A DNA stretch of 38,720 bases, taken from contig JBGGMM010000095.1 in assembly GCA_041288045.1 (NCBI GenBank), forward strand, positions 1-38,720, read 5' to 3'. This stretch comes from Pseudobdellovibrionaceae bacterium. Its GTDB lineage: Bacteria > Bdellovibrionota > Bdellovibrionia > Bdellovibrionales > Bdellovibrionaceae. Both the position numbers and the translations under genes were made by a program. Of the stretch, positions 19,839-28,513 are shown piece by piece. The notes beneath the pieces are model-generated. The model made no database searches. It was not told the DNA's origin and saw nothing but the letters and a program-made list of their open reading frames with translations. How positions within the stretch are numbered: position 1 is the first letter of the stretch; each line of letters opens with the position of its first letter.

Positions 19839-20384
19839 ATGGGTGCACCGAATCTTCTCAAGGATTTCAAGCCGGACTTTGCGGCCAACCGCCAGGACAT
19901 GGGTCGCGCAGACACTTTGCGCTTCAATGTCTTAACGTATGTGGTTGAAGAAAATTATGACCGGGCCATTCATGAAATGAAAATCTTTCTGAATCGGGAT
20001 TTTGACTATCCGAAATTTCGTGAACGGATTGAAAGATACATTGAACACGCGATTGATCTCGTCAATGCCATTCGGGCCAAGCGGAATTTTCCAGGAGCTC
20101 AAATGCTCACAATGGCAAAGCAACAAGAGCTCAACGAAAAATTTGTCGCTCACTTTTCGGAACTGCAATCCATTCTTAAAAAAATAGAGCGAATCCAACA
20201 GGACGTTCGAATCGAAGATGTGCGCTCCACGGTTTGGATCGTCAAGGCTGCGGTGAATGCGGTTTTTGCTGTGGCGGTGGTCGCATTTCTTCTGGATGTG
20301 AATGCGGGCCTTTTAAAAACCACGATTCTCGTCATTGACGATGTCTTTCATGAAATGACGGCCTGGTTTTTTTCAAAACTTTAA
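19839..20384 (+). CDS. Hypothetical helical protein with C-terminal membrane segment
   Basis: Helical N-domain, hydrophobic VWIVKAAVNAVFAVAVVAFLL; start chosen from promoter geometry (the ORF is open from 19677). Confidence 0.8.
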   Translation: MGAPNLLKDFKPDFAANRQDMGRADTLRFNVLTYVVEENYDRAIHEMKIFLNRDFDYPKFRERIERYIEHAIDLVNAIRAKRNFPGAQMLTMAKQQELNEKFVAHFSELQSILKKIERIQQDVRIEDVRSTVWIVKAAVNAVFAVAVVAFLLDVNAGLLKTTILVIDDVFHEMTAWFFSKL

Positions 20385-20392
20385 AAATCTGT

Positions 20393-21610
20393 TTAAGGAT
20401 TCAGTTTTTTGTAGATCGCTTCCAGAATTGGAAGGAACTGGCCTCTTTGTAAAAGTTTGCCATTCACATAAATGGTGGGGGTGCCCTGAATTTTAGCGTC
20501 CACACCTTCTTGAGCCATGGACTGCAGAGATTCATGGGTGGCATCTGAGTTCATGCAAGTTTCAAGAGCCTGTTTATCGAGCTGTAGATCCTGGCTGATC
20601 TGACTCACCCAATCACCGGCCCCGCGAAAAAAAGTCTCTTGGCGCTCAAACACCCAGTGGTGGGCGGCCCAGCCTTTTTGATTCATGCTTTCGGCGCAAA
20701 AAACCGCCGAAGTCAGCCGACAAGTCAGGCCGTCGCCTTCTCGTTGAATGTCTTTGTTGCACTTTTTGTCCAAAGGAAAAGCCTTGTAGGTCAATTGAAT
20801 GTCAGGATGAGATTGGGCAAAGGCATCCAAAGTCGGAAAAGCAGATTTGCAATGCGGGCAAAGAAAATCAGCAAATTCAACAATTGTCATTTTGGCTTCG
20901 CCGCTGCGAGCGGGCAGTTGCAATCCCGTTTCGGGTTTAAAGTTCACCACTGGAGAGCTCTCCCAGTAAGAGACAGCATCTTGCACAATCATTTCAAGCT
21001 TCCCAAAGCCATAGGAATCTAAAACGATCGAATGGCTGATTTTCGCAAACACTGGAATGAGAATCAGCAGGATGGGGACCCAGCGGCTTTGTTTGATGAA
21101 AATTCCAAAGTCACTGCCCAACCGGGACAGAAGGGGGGTGCCTTGGAGCTTCCAAGAAGCCACCAGTTGAAGAACGGAAAGACCATAGGCGGCCATGCAA
21201 AAAAGGCAATAAGTGCCAAGGGCGAAAGCCGAGAAGGATCCCATCACCAGTGAAACGCCGGCAACGAAAAGAGAAATCCAAAACAGCAAGCGGCGAATGG
21301 AAGAATCGGCAGAACTCAAGCTGAAGCGAGCACTGATCAGGAATGTAAAGAAAATCACCTGAGTGATCAAACCCAGAAGAGCCATTGGAATGCCGAATAA
21401 AGTGGCGTAGCGGCTGATGCTAACGGTGTCGCAGTTGAAAGTGCTGGAGACATTGCAGACAGCGGGGCTCTCTGCCAATCCTAATTTCAGTTGGTAGTGC
21501 TGAAGGGTGAGGTAAAGGTGAACGGCCATGGTCAACACGCTGATGACCATCAAAAGGATCAGCCAAGTCTGTTCCGAAATTCGAGATGTGGATTTCTGCA
21601 TTTGATTCAT
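20393..21610 (-). CDS. VKOR-DsbA/thioredoxin fusion (disulfide bond formation)
   Basis: VKOR: C...C..V..S.YA..FGIP, CLFC. DsbA: EFADFLCPHC, cis-Pro IQGTPTIYVNG. Confidence 0.92.
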   Translation of the reverse strand: MNQMQKSTSRISEQTWLILLMVISVLTMAVHLYLTLQHYQLKLGLAESPAVCNVSSTFNCDTVSISRYATLFGIPMALLGLITQVIFFTFLISARFSLSSADSSIRRLLFWISLFVAGVSLVMGSFSAFALGTYCLFCMAAYGLSVLQLVASWKLQGTPLLSRLGSDFGIFIKQSRWVPILLILIPVFAKISHSIVLDSYGFGKLEMIVQDAVSYWESSPVVNFKPETGLQLPARSGEAKMTIVEFADFLCPHCKSAFPTLDAFAQSHPDIQLTYKAFPLDKKCNKDIQREGDGLTCRLTSAVFCAESMNQKGWAAHHWVFERQETFFRGAGDWVSQISQDLQLDKQALETCMNSDATHESLQSMAQEGVDAKIQGTPTIYVNGKLLQRGQFLPILEAIYKKLNP

Positions 21611-21616
21611 GCTCTC

Positions 21617-21664
21617 ATTAGATCGAAAAAGAATTTTGAAATCAATAATTTATCATGCCACAAT
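21617..21664. promoter_or_regulatory. Overlapping divergent sigma70 promoters with an IHF consensus site
   Basis: Minus: TTGATT(21645-40)-17-TCTAAT(21622-17)-6-ATG. Plus: TTGAAA(21636-41)-17-CACAAT(21659-64, TG extension)-8-ATG. AATCAATAATTTA (21640-52) matches WATCAANNNNTTR. Confidence 0.55.
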
Positions 21665-21672
21665 GTGAGAGA

Positions 21673-23286
21673 ATGCCCACTTCATCCACCTCTTCTTCTC
21701 GCAGCTGGATTCGTCTTCGTCAGGATCTCTTTGAGCAAGTGCAAAGCCATGTGGAGGCGCTTTTAGGCGAAAGGTCTGCAGGCCTTTCCAGGTATCAGCG
21801 GGAATATGAAAAAGAACTGAGAAAAGCTTGGAAAGTTTCAAGCAAGGAAGCGCTGGTCGAGGCAATTCAAAAGGCGCAGGTGATCTGGATGGGCGATTTT
21901 CATGCCCTTCAGCAATCGCAAAAAGCCCAGCTTCGGGTTTTGAAGGCTTTGCCGAACCCAAAAAATGTGATTTTAGGGCTTGAGTGCATTGAAGCCAGTC
22001 AGCAAAAATCTCTTGAGCGCTTTCTTCAGGGAAAGCTTTCAGAAAGAGATTTTCTCAAAGCTGTTGAATGGAAAAAAAACTGGGGTTTTCCCTGGGAGTA
22101 TTATCGGCCTCTGTTTCGTTGGGCACAAAAGAACAAAGTTCCAGTCTTCGGTCTGAATTTAAAAACCAAAGATCGAAATGCCAAAGCTCTCAAAGAAAGA
22201 GATCAGTTTGCAGGGCAAAAAATTCTGGAAATTGCTCGTCAGCATCCCGGGCATCAGATCTTTGTGAGCTTCGGGGACTTGCATATTGCGGAACGCCATT
22301 TGCCAGCTGTGGTGAAAAAGTCCTGGCCCGATTGTCAATTTCTATCCATCTATCAAAATTCGGAAAGAATTTATTTTCAGCTTCTGAAAAAAGAAATTGA
22401 GCATCAAGTGGATGTGGTGAAGCTCTCTTCGCATCAGTTCTGCCTGATGAGCGTTCCGCCCTGGGTGAAGTGGCAGAATTACTTGCTTTACCTGGAGGAG
22501 CATTATGATCAATCCTTCGATGATGAATTGGATCTCACCGATCATGTTGCCAATTATATGAAATTCATTGGCGAGGATCTGGGCATTCCAGTTCGAGTGG
22601 ATCATTTCACTTTGGCTTCGGCCAATGATCGGCAGGGTTGGGTGCAGTTGCAATCAGGGCTGAGTGATAAAAATCTCGAGCTGATTGAAAATTGGATTGA
22701 ATCGGGTCGCAGTTTTTTTGTTCCTGAATCTGGCGTGGCTTATTTGGGTCGGAACACAGTGAACAGCGCCGCTCAGTTGGCCATGGCCATTGTGTTTGCG
22801 GGTTACAGTCAGCAAAAGAAAACGCCTCTGCGGTTGCCTCAGGATTTTCTCAGACTCATTTGGCTGGAAGCCATTCAGTACTTTGGCTCCAAACTGATCA
22901 ATCCCAAACGCAAGACGGACACTTTGGCTGATATCAAAGCCAGTTTGTCAGCTCGTAATCCTTCGGATCAAGGCAAAGAGGCCATGCGCTTGGCGCTCAG
23001 TCAGAAAATGCTCGAACTTTTGCATCTCTCGGGGGCTAAAAAAGAGCGCGAGGCGCTTCGGCCTAAAAAGAAGAAGGCCTATCCAGAAGCAGCTCGTATT
23101 TTAGGCGGGATTTTGGGAGAAAAACTTTATTTGGCTTATCGGAAAAAGCTGCTTTCAAAATCTTCTCTCTTGACGCTTTTGAAAAAGCCTTTGGACTCGG
23201 AAGAGTTTTCAAATATTTATTGGGAAATCATCGAAGTGATCGAAAGTTTTCCGGAACCTTTTCAGTCCAAAACGGAAAAAATGTAG
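21673..23286 (+). CDS. ChaN/Tiki-superfamily domain protein with C-terminal extension
   Basis: VIWMGDFH, LGLECI, W..NWGFPWEYYRPLF, VFGLN, RD..A, FGDLH; no signal peptide. Confidence 0.75.
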   Translation: MPTSSTSSSRSWIRLRQDLFEQVQSHVEALLGERSAGLSRYQREYEKELRKAWKVSSKEALVEAIQKAQVIWMGDFHALQQSQKAQLRVLKALPNPKNVILGLECIEASQQKSLERFLQGKLSERDFLKAVEWKKNWGFPWEYYRPLFRWAQKNKVPVFGLNLKTKDRNAKALKERDQFAGQKILEIARQHPGHQIFVSFGDLHIAERHLPAVVKKSWPDCQFLSIYQNSERIYFQLLKKEIEHQVDVVKLSSHQFCLMSVPPWVKWQNYLLYLEEHYDQSFDDELDLTDHVANYMKFIGEDLGIPVRVDHFTLASANDRQGWVQLQSGLSDKNLELIENWIESGRSFFVPESGVAYLGRNTVNSAAQLAMAIVFAGYSQQKKTPLRLPQDFLRLIWLEAIQYFGSKLINPKRKTDTLADIKASLSARNPSDQGKEAMRLALSQKMLELLHLSGAKKEREALRPKKKKAYPEAARILGGILGEKLYLAYRKKLLSKSSLLTLLKKPLDSEEFSNIYWEIIEVIESFPEPFQSKTEKM

Positions 23287-23297
23287 TCGGCGAAAAA

Positions 23298-23570
23298 TCA
23301 GTTCAGAAGATCTTTAAAGTCTTTCCCCGGTTTAAAGCGCGGAACTTTACTTCCAGGAATGGTGACGGGGGCTCCAGTTTTTGGGTTTCGGCCATTTCTG
23401 GATTTGCGATTCAGGCGGGAAAAAGTCCCAAATCCGACTAGTTTCACTTCGTCGCCTCGGGCCACCGATTTTTGGATAATGTCCAAAGTGGCATCTAAAA
23501 AAGCCTCCGTTTGAGTTTTTGTCAGATTCATTTTCTCGGCAAGCTTTTCGACCAATTGAGCTTTGTTCAT
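23298..23570 (-). CDS. hup: DNA-binding protein HU
   Basis: MNKAQLV, VKLVGFGTF, R.GRNPKTG, PRFKPGK; promoter TTGACC(23622-17)-17-TAGTTT; SD GAGGA. Confidence 0.96.
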   Translation of the reverse strand: MNKAQLVEKLAEKMNLTKTQTEAFLDATLDIIQKSVARGDEVKLVGFGTFSRLNRKSRNGRNPKTGAPVTIPGSKVPRFKPGKDFKDLLN

Positions 23571-23770
23571 AAATCCTCGGCGATGAGGTCAAAAAACTAA
23601 GAAATTGCTGTTTTTTGGTCAAGACCTTTTGAGCTCCGTCTCGATTCTGAAAGGTCCTTGAAATGGCGCAAAATGTGTTTGTTTGCTTGACAATAAAAGG
23701 GCTTTTGAAGGTCCAGTCTAGGTTCTCTGTTTCAACTTGAGAAGCTTCGCTGGAAGGGCTTGAATTTCAT

Positions 23771-23797
23771 TCACTTTTCAACTTTGAAAGCCGAAGA
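23771..23797 (+). promoter_or_regulatory. sigma28-like promoter, leaderless geometry
   Basis: TCAC(23771-74), 15 nt, GCCGAAGA(23790-97), 7 nt, ATG 23805. Confidence 0.5.
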
Positions 23798-23804
23798 GTG
23801 AGGC

Positions 23805-24485
23805 ATGGGAAAACAAAATTTTTTGTTTGTCAGTTTCTGTTTGATTCTGGTGATGGGTCTGATGCAAAGCTACTCTTTGTTTCAAGCGCATTTCAGTCCC
23901 CATTGGGAAGACGTTAGAAAAATCAGCCAGTTGCAAAAACAACTGGAAGAAAAAAATCTTCGAATTGCCGAGCTAGAAAATCAAATGTACGACTTTCAAC
24001 AAGAAGTCGCGGCCCAGCTGCCGGCACTTCAAAAAATGCAGAAAACTCCCAAGACCTTTCAGTTGAGAAGTTTGGCCAGCGTGACACAGAAGCCGATTGA
24101 GGTTTTTGAAATGTCAGGACCTCTCAGTGAAAGAGCTCGGGCTGAATTTCGTCGTGGAGAATTTAAAAATTCGGCAGCTTCTTTTTCCAGTCTGATTCAG
24201 AAATTTCCGACTTCACCACAAGTCATTCAGGCGCATTTTTTTTGGGCTGAAAGTCTTTTCATGGCAGGCCAGCAGCAAGAGTGTTTGGATGTCATCGATC
24301 AGATGATGCAGCAGTTTCCAGATCATGAGCTCACAGGCTTCATTATGCTTCGCATGGGTCAAATTTTGCAAACTCGAAACAGGACTGAAGAAGCGGCTGA
24401 AGTCTTTCGCACAGTTCGAGTGAAATTTGCAGCCAATCAGGAGCTCAAAGCTCAAGCCACCCATCTGGGTCATGCCCTCGAGTGA
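23805..24485 (+). CDS. Membrane-anchored coiled-coil + TPR protein (CpoB/YbgF-like fold)
   Basis: N-terminal hydrophobic segment, coiled coil, TPR repeats (LIQKFPTS..A.F..AES; QQFPDH..MLRMG). Confidence 0.8.
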   Translation: MGKQNFLFVSFCLILVMGLMQSYSLFQAHFSPHWEDVRKISQLQKQLEEKNLRIAELENQMYDFQQEVAAQLPALQKMQKTPKTFQLRSLASVTQKPIEVFEMSGPLSERARAEFRRGEFKNSAASFSSLIQKFPTSPQVIQAHFFWAESLFMAGQQQECLDVIDQMMQQFPDHELTGFIMLRMGQILQTRNRTEEAAEVFRTVRVKFAANQELKAQATHLGHALE

Positions 24486-25229
24486 ATGATGAAATTTTTT
24501 TTGGTACTGACTCTCTTTCTGATTGTCCATCAAGCTCAGGCTGAAATCAGTCCTGAAGGTTTCATCGATTCTCCATCCAAATGTTTTTCTCAAAGAAAAT
24601 ATCCTTGCAGCCTTCGTGTCAGCCGAAGAATGCACAGTTTCGAACGAGAGGCTCAACGCTATCACCTGGGGGAAAATGGCGCTCTGCTTTTTCTCTCTGA
24701 ATCGCAAATCCAACTGATGCAAGGTGTGCTTTGGATTCAAAGCTCGAAGGACTTGGAAGTGAAGAGTTCTTCGGCGCTCTCCATGAAGTTATCGGGGGAG
24801 TGGCTTTTGGAAAAAAGGCCGGATACCTCGCTGCTTTTTCGAAACCTCAAAGGCAGCATCGATTTTCAATCCAAATTCGTTTTTACCAACGAGTCTTTAC
24901 CCGTGGGGTTTCAAAACTGGTATGGCCCCATGGATTCAAGTGGGCAGATTTCCCGTGGGATGATCCGCCCTTTGGTTCTCAAGGATTTTTTGCAAGTATG
25001 GATTCCTCTTTCAGGTCTTTCTCTGGCGGAAGTGAAGCGACAAACTGCCGATTACAAAAAGACCTGGGGCAATACTGTTGAGCAGTCCTCAAAATTTTAC
25101 CAGCAAGTCGCCGAAAGGCGGTTGGCTTCACAAGAAGAAAAAGCCCGCAAGCTGGCAGCTCAGAAAGCCTCCCGACAGCAGGAGCAATCGGACTTCAGGC
25201 AGATGTTTCGAAAGAAAAACGGGCTTTGA
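24486..25229 (+). CDS. Secreted hypothetical protein
   Basis: Signal peptide ending AQA; ATG directly after the upstream TGA; beta-rich middle, charged helical tail. Confidence 0.78.
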   Translation: MMKFFLVLTLFLIVHQAQAEISPEGFIDSPSKCFSQRKYPCSLRVSRRMHSFEREAQRYHLGENGALLFLSESQIQLMQGVLWIQSSKDLEVKSSSALSMKLSGEWLLEKRPDTSLLFRNLKGSIDFQSKFVFTNESLPVGFQNWYGPMDSSGQISRGMIRPLVLKDFLQVWIPLSGLSLAEVKRQTADYKKTWGNTVEQSSKFYQQVAERRLASQEEKARKLAAQKASRQQEQSDFRQMFRKKNGL

Positions 25230-25343
25230 GATTCCCTTCCTTCATCTCGGTCTCGACTTTCGCCATGAGACTTGAGACTAGAACTCTTTCCATTTTTTGA
25301 GGTCTAGGTCAGCTCGTGATATCTTTAGATAGAGGAGGACAGG

Positions 25344-27020
25344 ATGTCTTCAGTCAATTCGTCAGATCGAGCTCGTTACACAGAAGATTTGCGCAGCCAA
25401 CGCGAAGAGAACCAAAACCGCGAAACTGAGCAAATCAAAAAGCATAAGAAAGAAATGAAAAGACTTGCCGAGAGGCAGGATCAAGAAGTCGAAGAGATCA
25501 AGGCCAATTACGAATCCAAAATTAAAAGCCTTAAAGATAAAACCAATGAACAGCTCACCAGCCGAGATCAGGAAAACAATCAGAAAATCGAACAGCTCCG
25601 AGGGCTTTACACGGAATCATTGAAAAAACGAACCGAAGAAAGCGATGGCAAACAAGCGGCTTATCGCCAGGCCTTGCAAAGCCAAATTGCCAAAGAAAAA
25701 CGAATTGCCCAGGAACAACGAAATATTCTGCAGCAAAATTTTGAAAACAACATTGCGGAAAAAAATCGAGAATTCAACGATTACTCAACCCGCAGTCGAT
25801 CTGAAATGCAAGACACAGTGAAAGCGCAAAGCGAAAGGCTGGGGAAAAAGCACAGTCAAGAGCTGCAAGTTCTGGCAGAGGATCGGGATGAGCGAATTGC
25901 CCAATCCAATCGGAAAGTCGGTGAAGTTCGCTCGAACTTGGAAAATAAAATGAAGGATCAAGAGCGTCAGAGTGATCTGGCTTTGGATCGCAAAGATGCC
26001 AATTGGCGACAGGCTTACGACGAAAAGCAGATAGAGATGAATGAATTGCTGACAGGGAAAAGCTCTGAGCTGCAGTTTGCTCGAAAGAAAATGCAAACTC
26101 ACTACGACAAAGCAGTTGATAAAAAGCTCGATGAATTAGAAGGTGCCAGAGAGACTCTGAAAGAGGAGGTCTCAGGTCGAATTGACCGGGACGTTCGAGC
26201 TGCGGAAAGCGAAAACCGGCGGTTGAAAAATAGCAACTTGGTTGAAGTGATGACCACTAAACGGCTTCGCGATTTGGAGCGAAAGAATTTGGTTTTGGAC
26301 TATGAAGATCGCATGGCGAAATTGTCAGATTCAAAAGATGGCCTGATTGACGTGAGCAAAGAGGTCAACCGCGAAAGAATGGTAGATAACAATCGCAAAA
26401 ATGAAGCGATGTTGCGGGATTTCACCAGACGCACAAAAACCGATCAGATGATCAGCAATGAAAAACACAAGGAAGATCGAAACCGCCTAGAAGTTGAGCA
26501 GACCTCTCGAATTCGTCAGCTGACCAGTCGAACGGATGATCGCGTCGATAAATTGATGAAAGTCACAAATGATGCGCAGAAAAATCAGCTCAAGGCCCAC
26601 ACGGACAATTTGGGGGCTTTAAAAAACTCTTACCAAGAGGAGCTTTCCCATCAGCGACAAGCTCAAATGGAGCAGTTGAAAGACACTTATTTGCGCATGG
26701 ACGATAGAGTCAAAACGACCACCGACAAGATGACCAAGCGCTTAGAAGAAACAGTGAATAATTATGAAGCGAAGATTGCCCAGTTGCAGGATCAACAAAA
26801 AAAGGATCTGCAAAGGCAAGCTGAATCTTATGAGCAAAGAATGAGCGGTCAGAAAAAAGCTTTGGCCATGGAGTCCAAGACCCAGGATATGAAATTTGAC
26901 ACCAAAGTTTCCCAGCTTCAGGATCAACATGACCGGGAAATCGATCGCTTGAATAAAAGACATCAAGAACAGATGGCGTCACTCGCTCAAAAGTTGAACT
27001 ACTACCGAAAAAACAGTTAA
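25344..27020 (+). CDS. Long charged coiled-coil hypothetical protein
   Basis: 558 aa, Q/E/K/R/D-rich, no Pro or Cys seen; SD GAGGAGG. Confidence 0.88.
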   Translation: MSSVNSSDRARYTEDLRSQREENQNRETEQIKKHKKEMKRLAERQDQEVEEIKANYESKIKSLKDKTNEQLTSRDQENNQKIEQLRGLYTESLKKRTEESDGKQAAYRQALQSQIAKEKRIAQEQRNILQQNFENNIAEKNREFNDYSTRSRSEMQDTVKAQSERLGKKHSQELQVLAEDRDERIAQSNRKVGEVRSNLENKMKDQERQSDLALDRKDANWRQAYDEKQIEMNELLTGKSSELQFARKKMQTHYDKAVDKKLDELEGARETLKEEVSGRIDRDVRAAESENRRLKNSNLVEVMTTKRLRDLERKNLVLDYEDRMAKLSDSKDGLIDVSKEVNRERMVDNNRKNEAMLRDFTRRTKTDQMISNEKHKEDRNRLEVEQTSRIRQLTSRTDDRVDKLMKVTNDAQKNQLKAHTDNLGALKNSYQEELSHQRQAQMEQLKDTYLRMDDRVKTTTDKMTKRLEETVNNYEAKIAQLQDQQKKDLQRQAESYEQRMSGQKKALAMESKTQDMKFDTKVSQLQDQHDREIDRLNKRHQEQMASLAQKLNYYRKNS

Positions 27021-27028
27021 ATGATCCT

Positions 27029-28513
27029 ATGCTAGTCAATCGCCGCGTAAAGATCGTTGCAACTATTGGCCCGGCCACAAATAACGAGGCCTCTCTCGAA
27101 AAAGCCATTCGAGCGGGGATGAATGTGGCTCGATTGAATTTTTCCCATGGCTCTCATGAGGATCACCTCAAGGTGATTCAGAACCTTCGCAAACTTTCCA
27201 AGGAATTAAGGGCGCCTGTGACCATCCTTCAGGATTTGCAGGGGCCGAAGATTCGAGTCGGAAAATTTGAAAATGGTGCGATTGAGCTCGTTCCAGGGCA
27301 AAAAGTCACACTCACCATGAAAAAGATTTTGGGAAAGGAAGGTTTGATCCCTTCTGATTTTCCAGAGCTTGCAAAAAGTGTCAAAAAAGGAAGCCGGATT
27401 CTGATGGATGACGGGCTTTTGGAATTGAACGTTCTGCAAGTGGAAGGGGACGAAGTCCAAGCCGAAGTCATTTATGGTGGCACATTGAAAGATCGAAAAG
27501 GGATGAATGTGCCCGGGGTTGAATTGGCGGTTGAATGTTTAACTGAAAAAGATCTGGTGGATTTGCAATTTGGTCTTTCTCAGCAGGTGGATTACATCGC
27601 GCTGAGTTTTGTTCGTCATGCCAAGGACATTCGCCGACTGCGCGAGCTGATTGATGCCAAACATCCAGCAGCTCGAATTTGCGCCAAAATTGAAATGCTG
27701 GAAGCCATTGATAACCTTGAAGAGATCGTGCGACTTTCAGATGCTGTGATGGTGGCCAGGGGAGATTTGGCAGTGGAAATCGGGCAGAGCCGTCTGCCAG
27801 GAGTGCAAAAGCAGATCATCACTTTAGCCAATCAATTGAATAAGCCAGTGATCACAGCCACTCAAATGCTGGATTCAATGGTTGAAAATCCGCGCCCCAC
27901 TCGGGCCGAGATCACAGATGTGGCCAATGCGGTTTTGGATGGATCGGATGCTTTGATGCTGTCAGCGGAAACGGCCAGCGGAAAATATCCTTTCAAATGC
28001 ATTCGCACCATGCATGAAATTATTTTGGAAGTGGAAGATAAGGTCGAGAAATTCTACAAGCTTAACATGGACAGTGAGTTTCTCTCACCAGCAGGAGCGA
28101 TTGGCGCCAGTGCCAGCTTGAGCGCTTTGAAATTAGATGCCAAAGTCATTGTTTGTCTCACTTCCAGTGGGCGCACGGCCAACATCATTTCAGGTTATCG
28201 ACCCAAAGCTCGGATTGTGGCAGTGACGGATCAATGGGAAACTCTCAATCGGTTGGAGCTGATTTGGGGTCTTCAGACTTTGCCGATTCGGCCTTATTCC
28301 AATATGGAGCAAGTGGTGGATCAGGTGGAAAAAATTCTGGTTCAATATGGGCTGGCAAAGACCGGGGATAAAGTCGTCATCACTTACGGCTATCCAATTT
28401 ATGATGGAACAAAAACCAACAGTCTTTATATTTTCACTTTGGGCGGGGATCAGTATCAGCGCTTGCCAGATGAGCAGCTGCCGCTTCGCTGTCAAAGAGA
28501 GATTCCAGTTTAA
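27029..28513 (+). CDS. pyk: Pyruvate kinase
   Basis: KIVATIGPA, ARLNFSHG, DLQGPKIR, AKIE, MVARGDL, ATQMLDSM..NPRPTRAE, MLSAETA.GKYP. Confidence 0.98.
   Translation: MLVNRRVKIVATIGPATNNEASLEKAIRAGMNVARLNFSHGSHEDHLKVIQNLRKLSKELRAPVTILQDLQGPKIRVGKFENGAIELVPGQKVTLTMKKILGKEGLIPSDFPELAKSVKKGSRILMDDGLLELNVLQVEGDEVQAEVIYGGTLKDRKGMNVPGVELAVECLTEKDLVDLQFGLSQQVDYIALSFVRHAKDIRRLRELIDAKHPAARICAKIEMLEAIDNLEEIVRLSDAVMVARGDLAVEIGQSRLPGVQKQIITLANQLNKPVITATQMLDSMVENPRPTRAEITDVANAVLDGSDALMLSAETASGKYPFKCIRTMHEIILEVEDKVEKFYKLNMDSEFLSPAGAIGASASLSALKLDAKVIVCLTSSGRTANIISGYRPKARIVAVTDQWETLNRLELIWGLQTLPIRPYSNMEQVVDQVEKILVQYGLAKTGDKVVITYGYPIYDGTKTNSLYIFTLGGDQYQRLPDEQLPLRCQREIPV

Noticed and set aside
25305..25331. sigma28 promoter for the 558-aa coiled-coil gene
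   Set aside because: Best match TAGG-15-TTTAGATA lacks the CCGA core.
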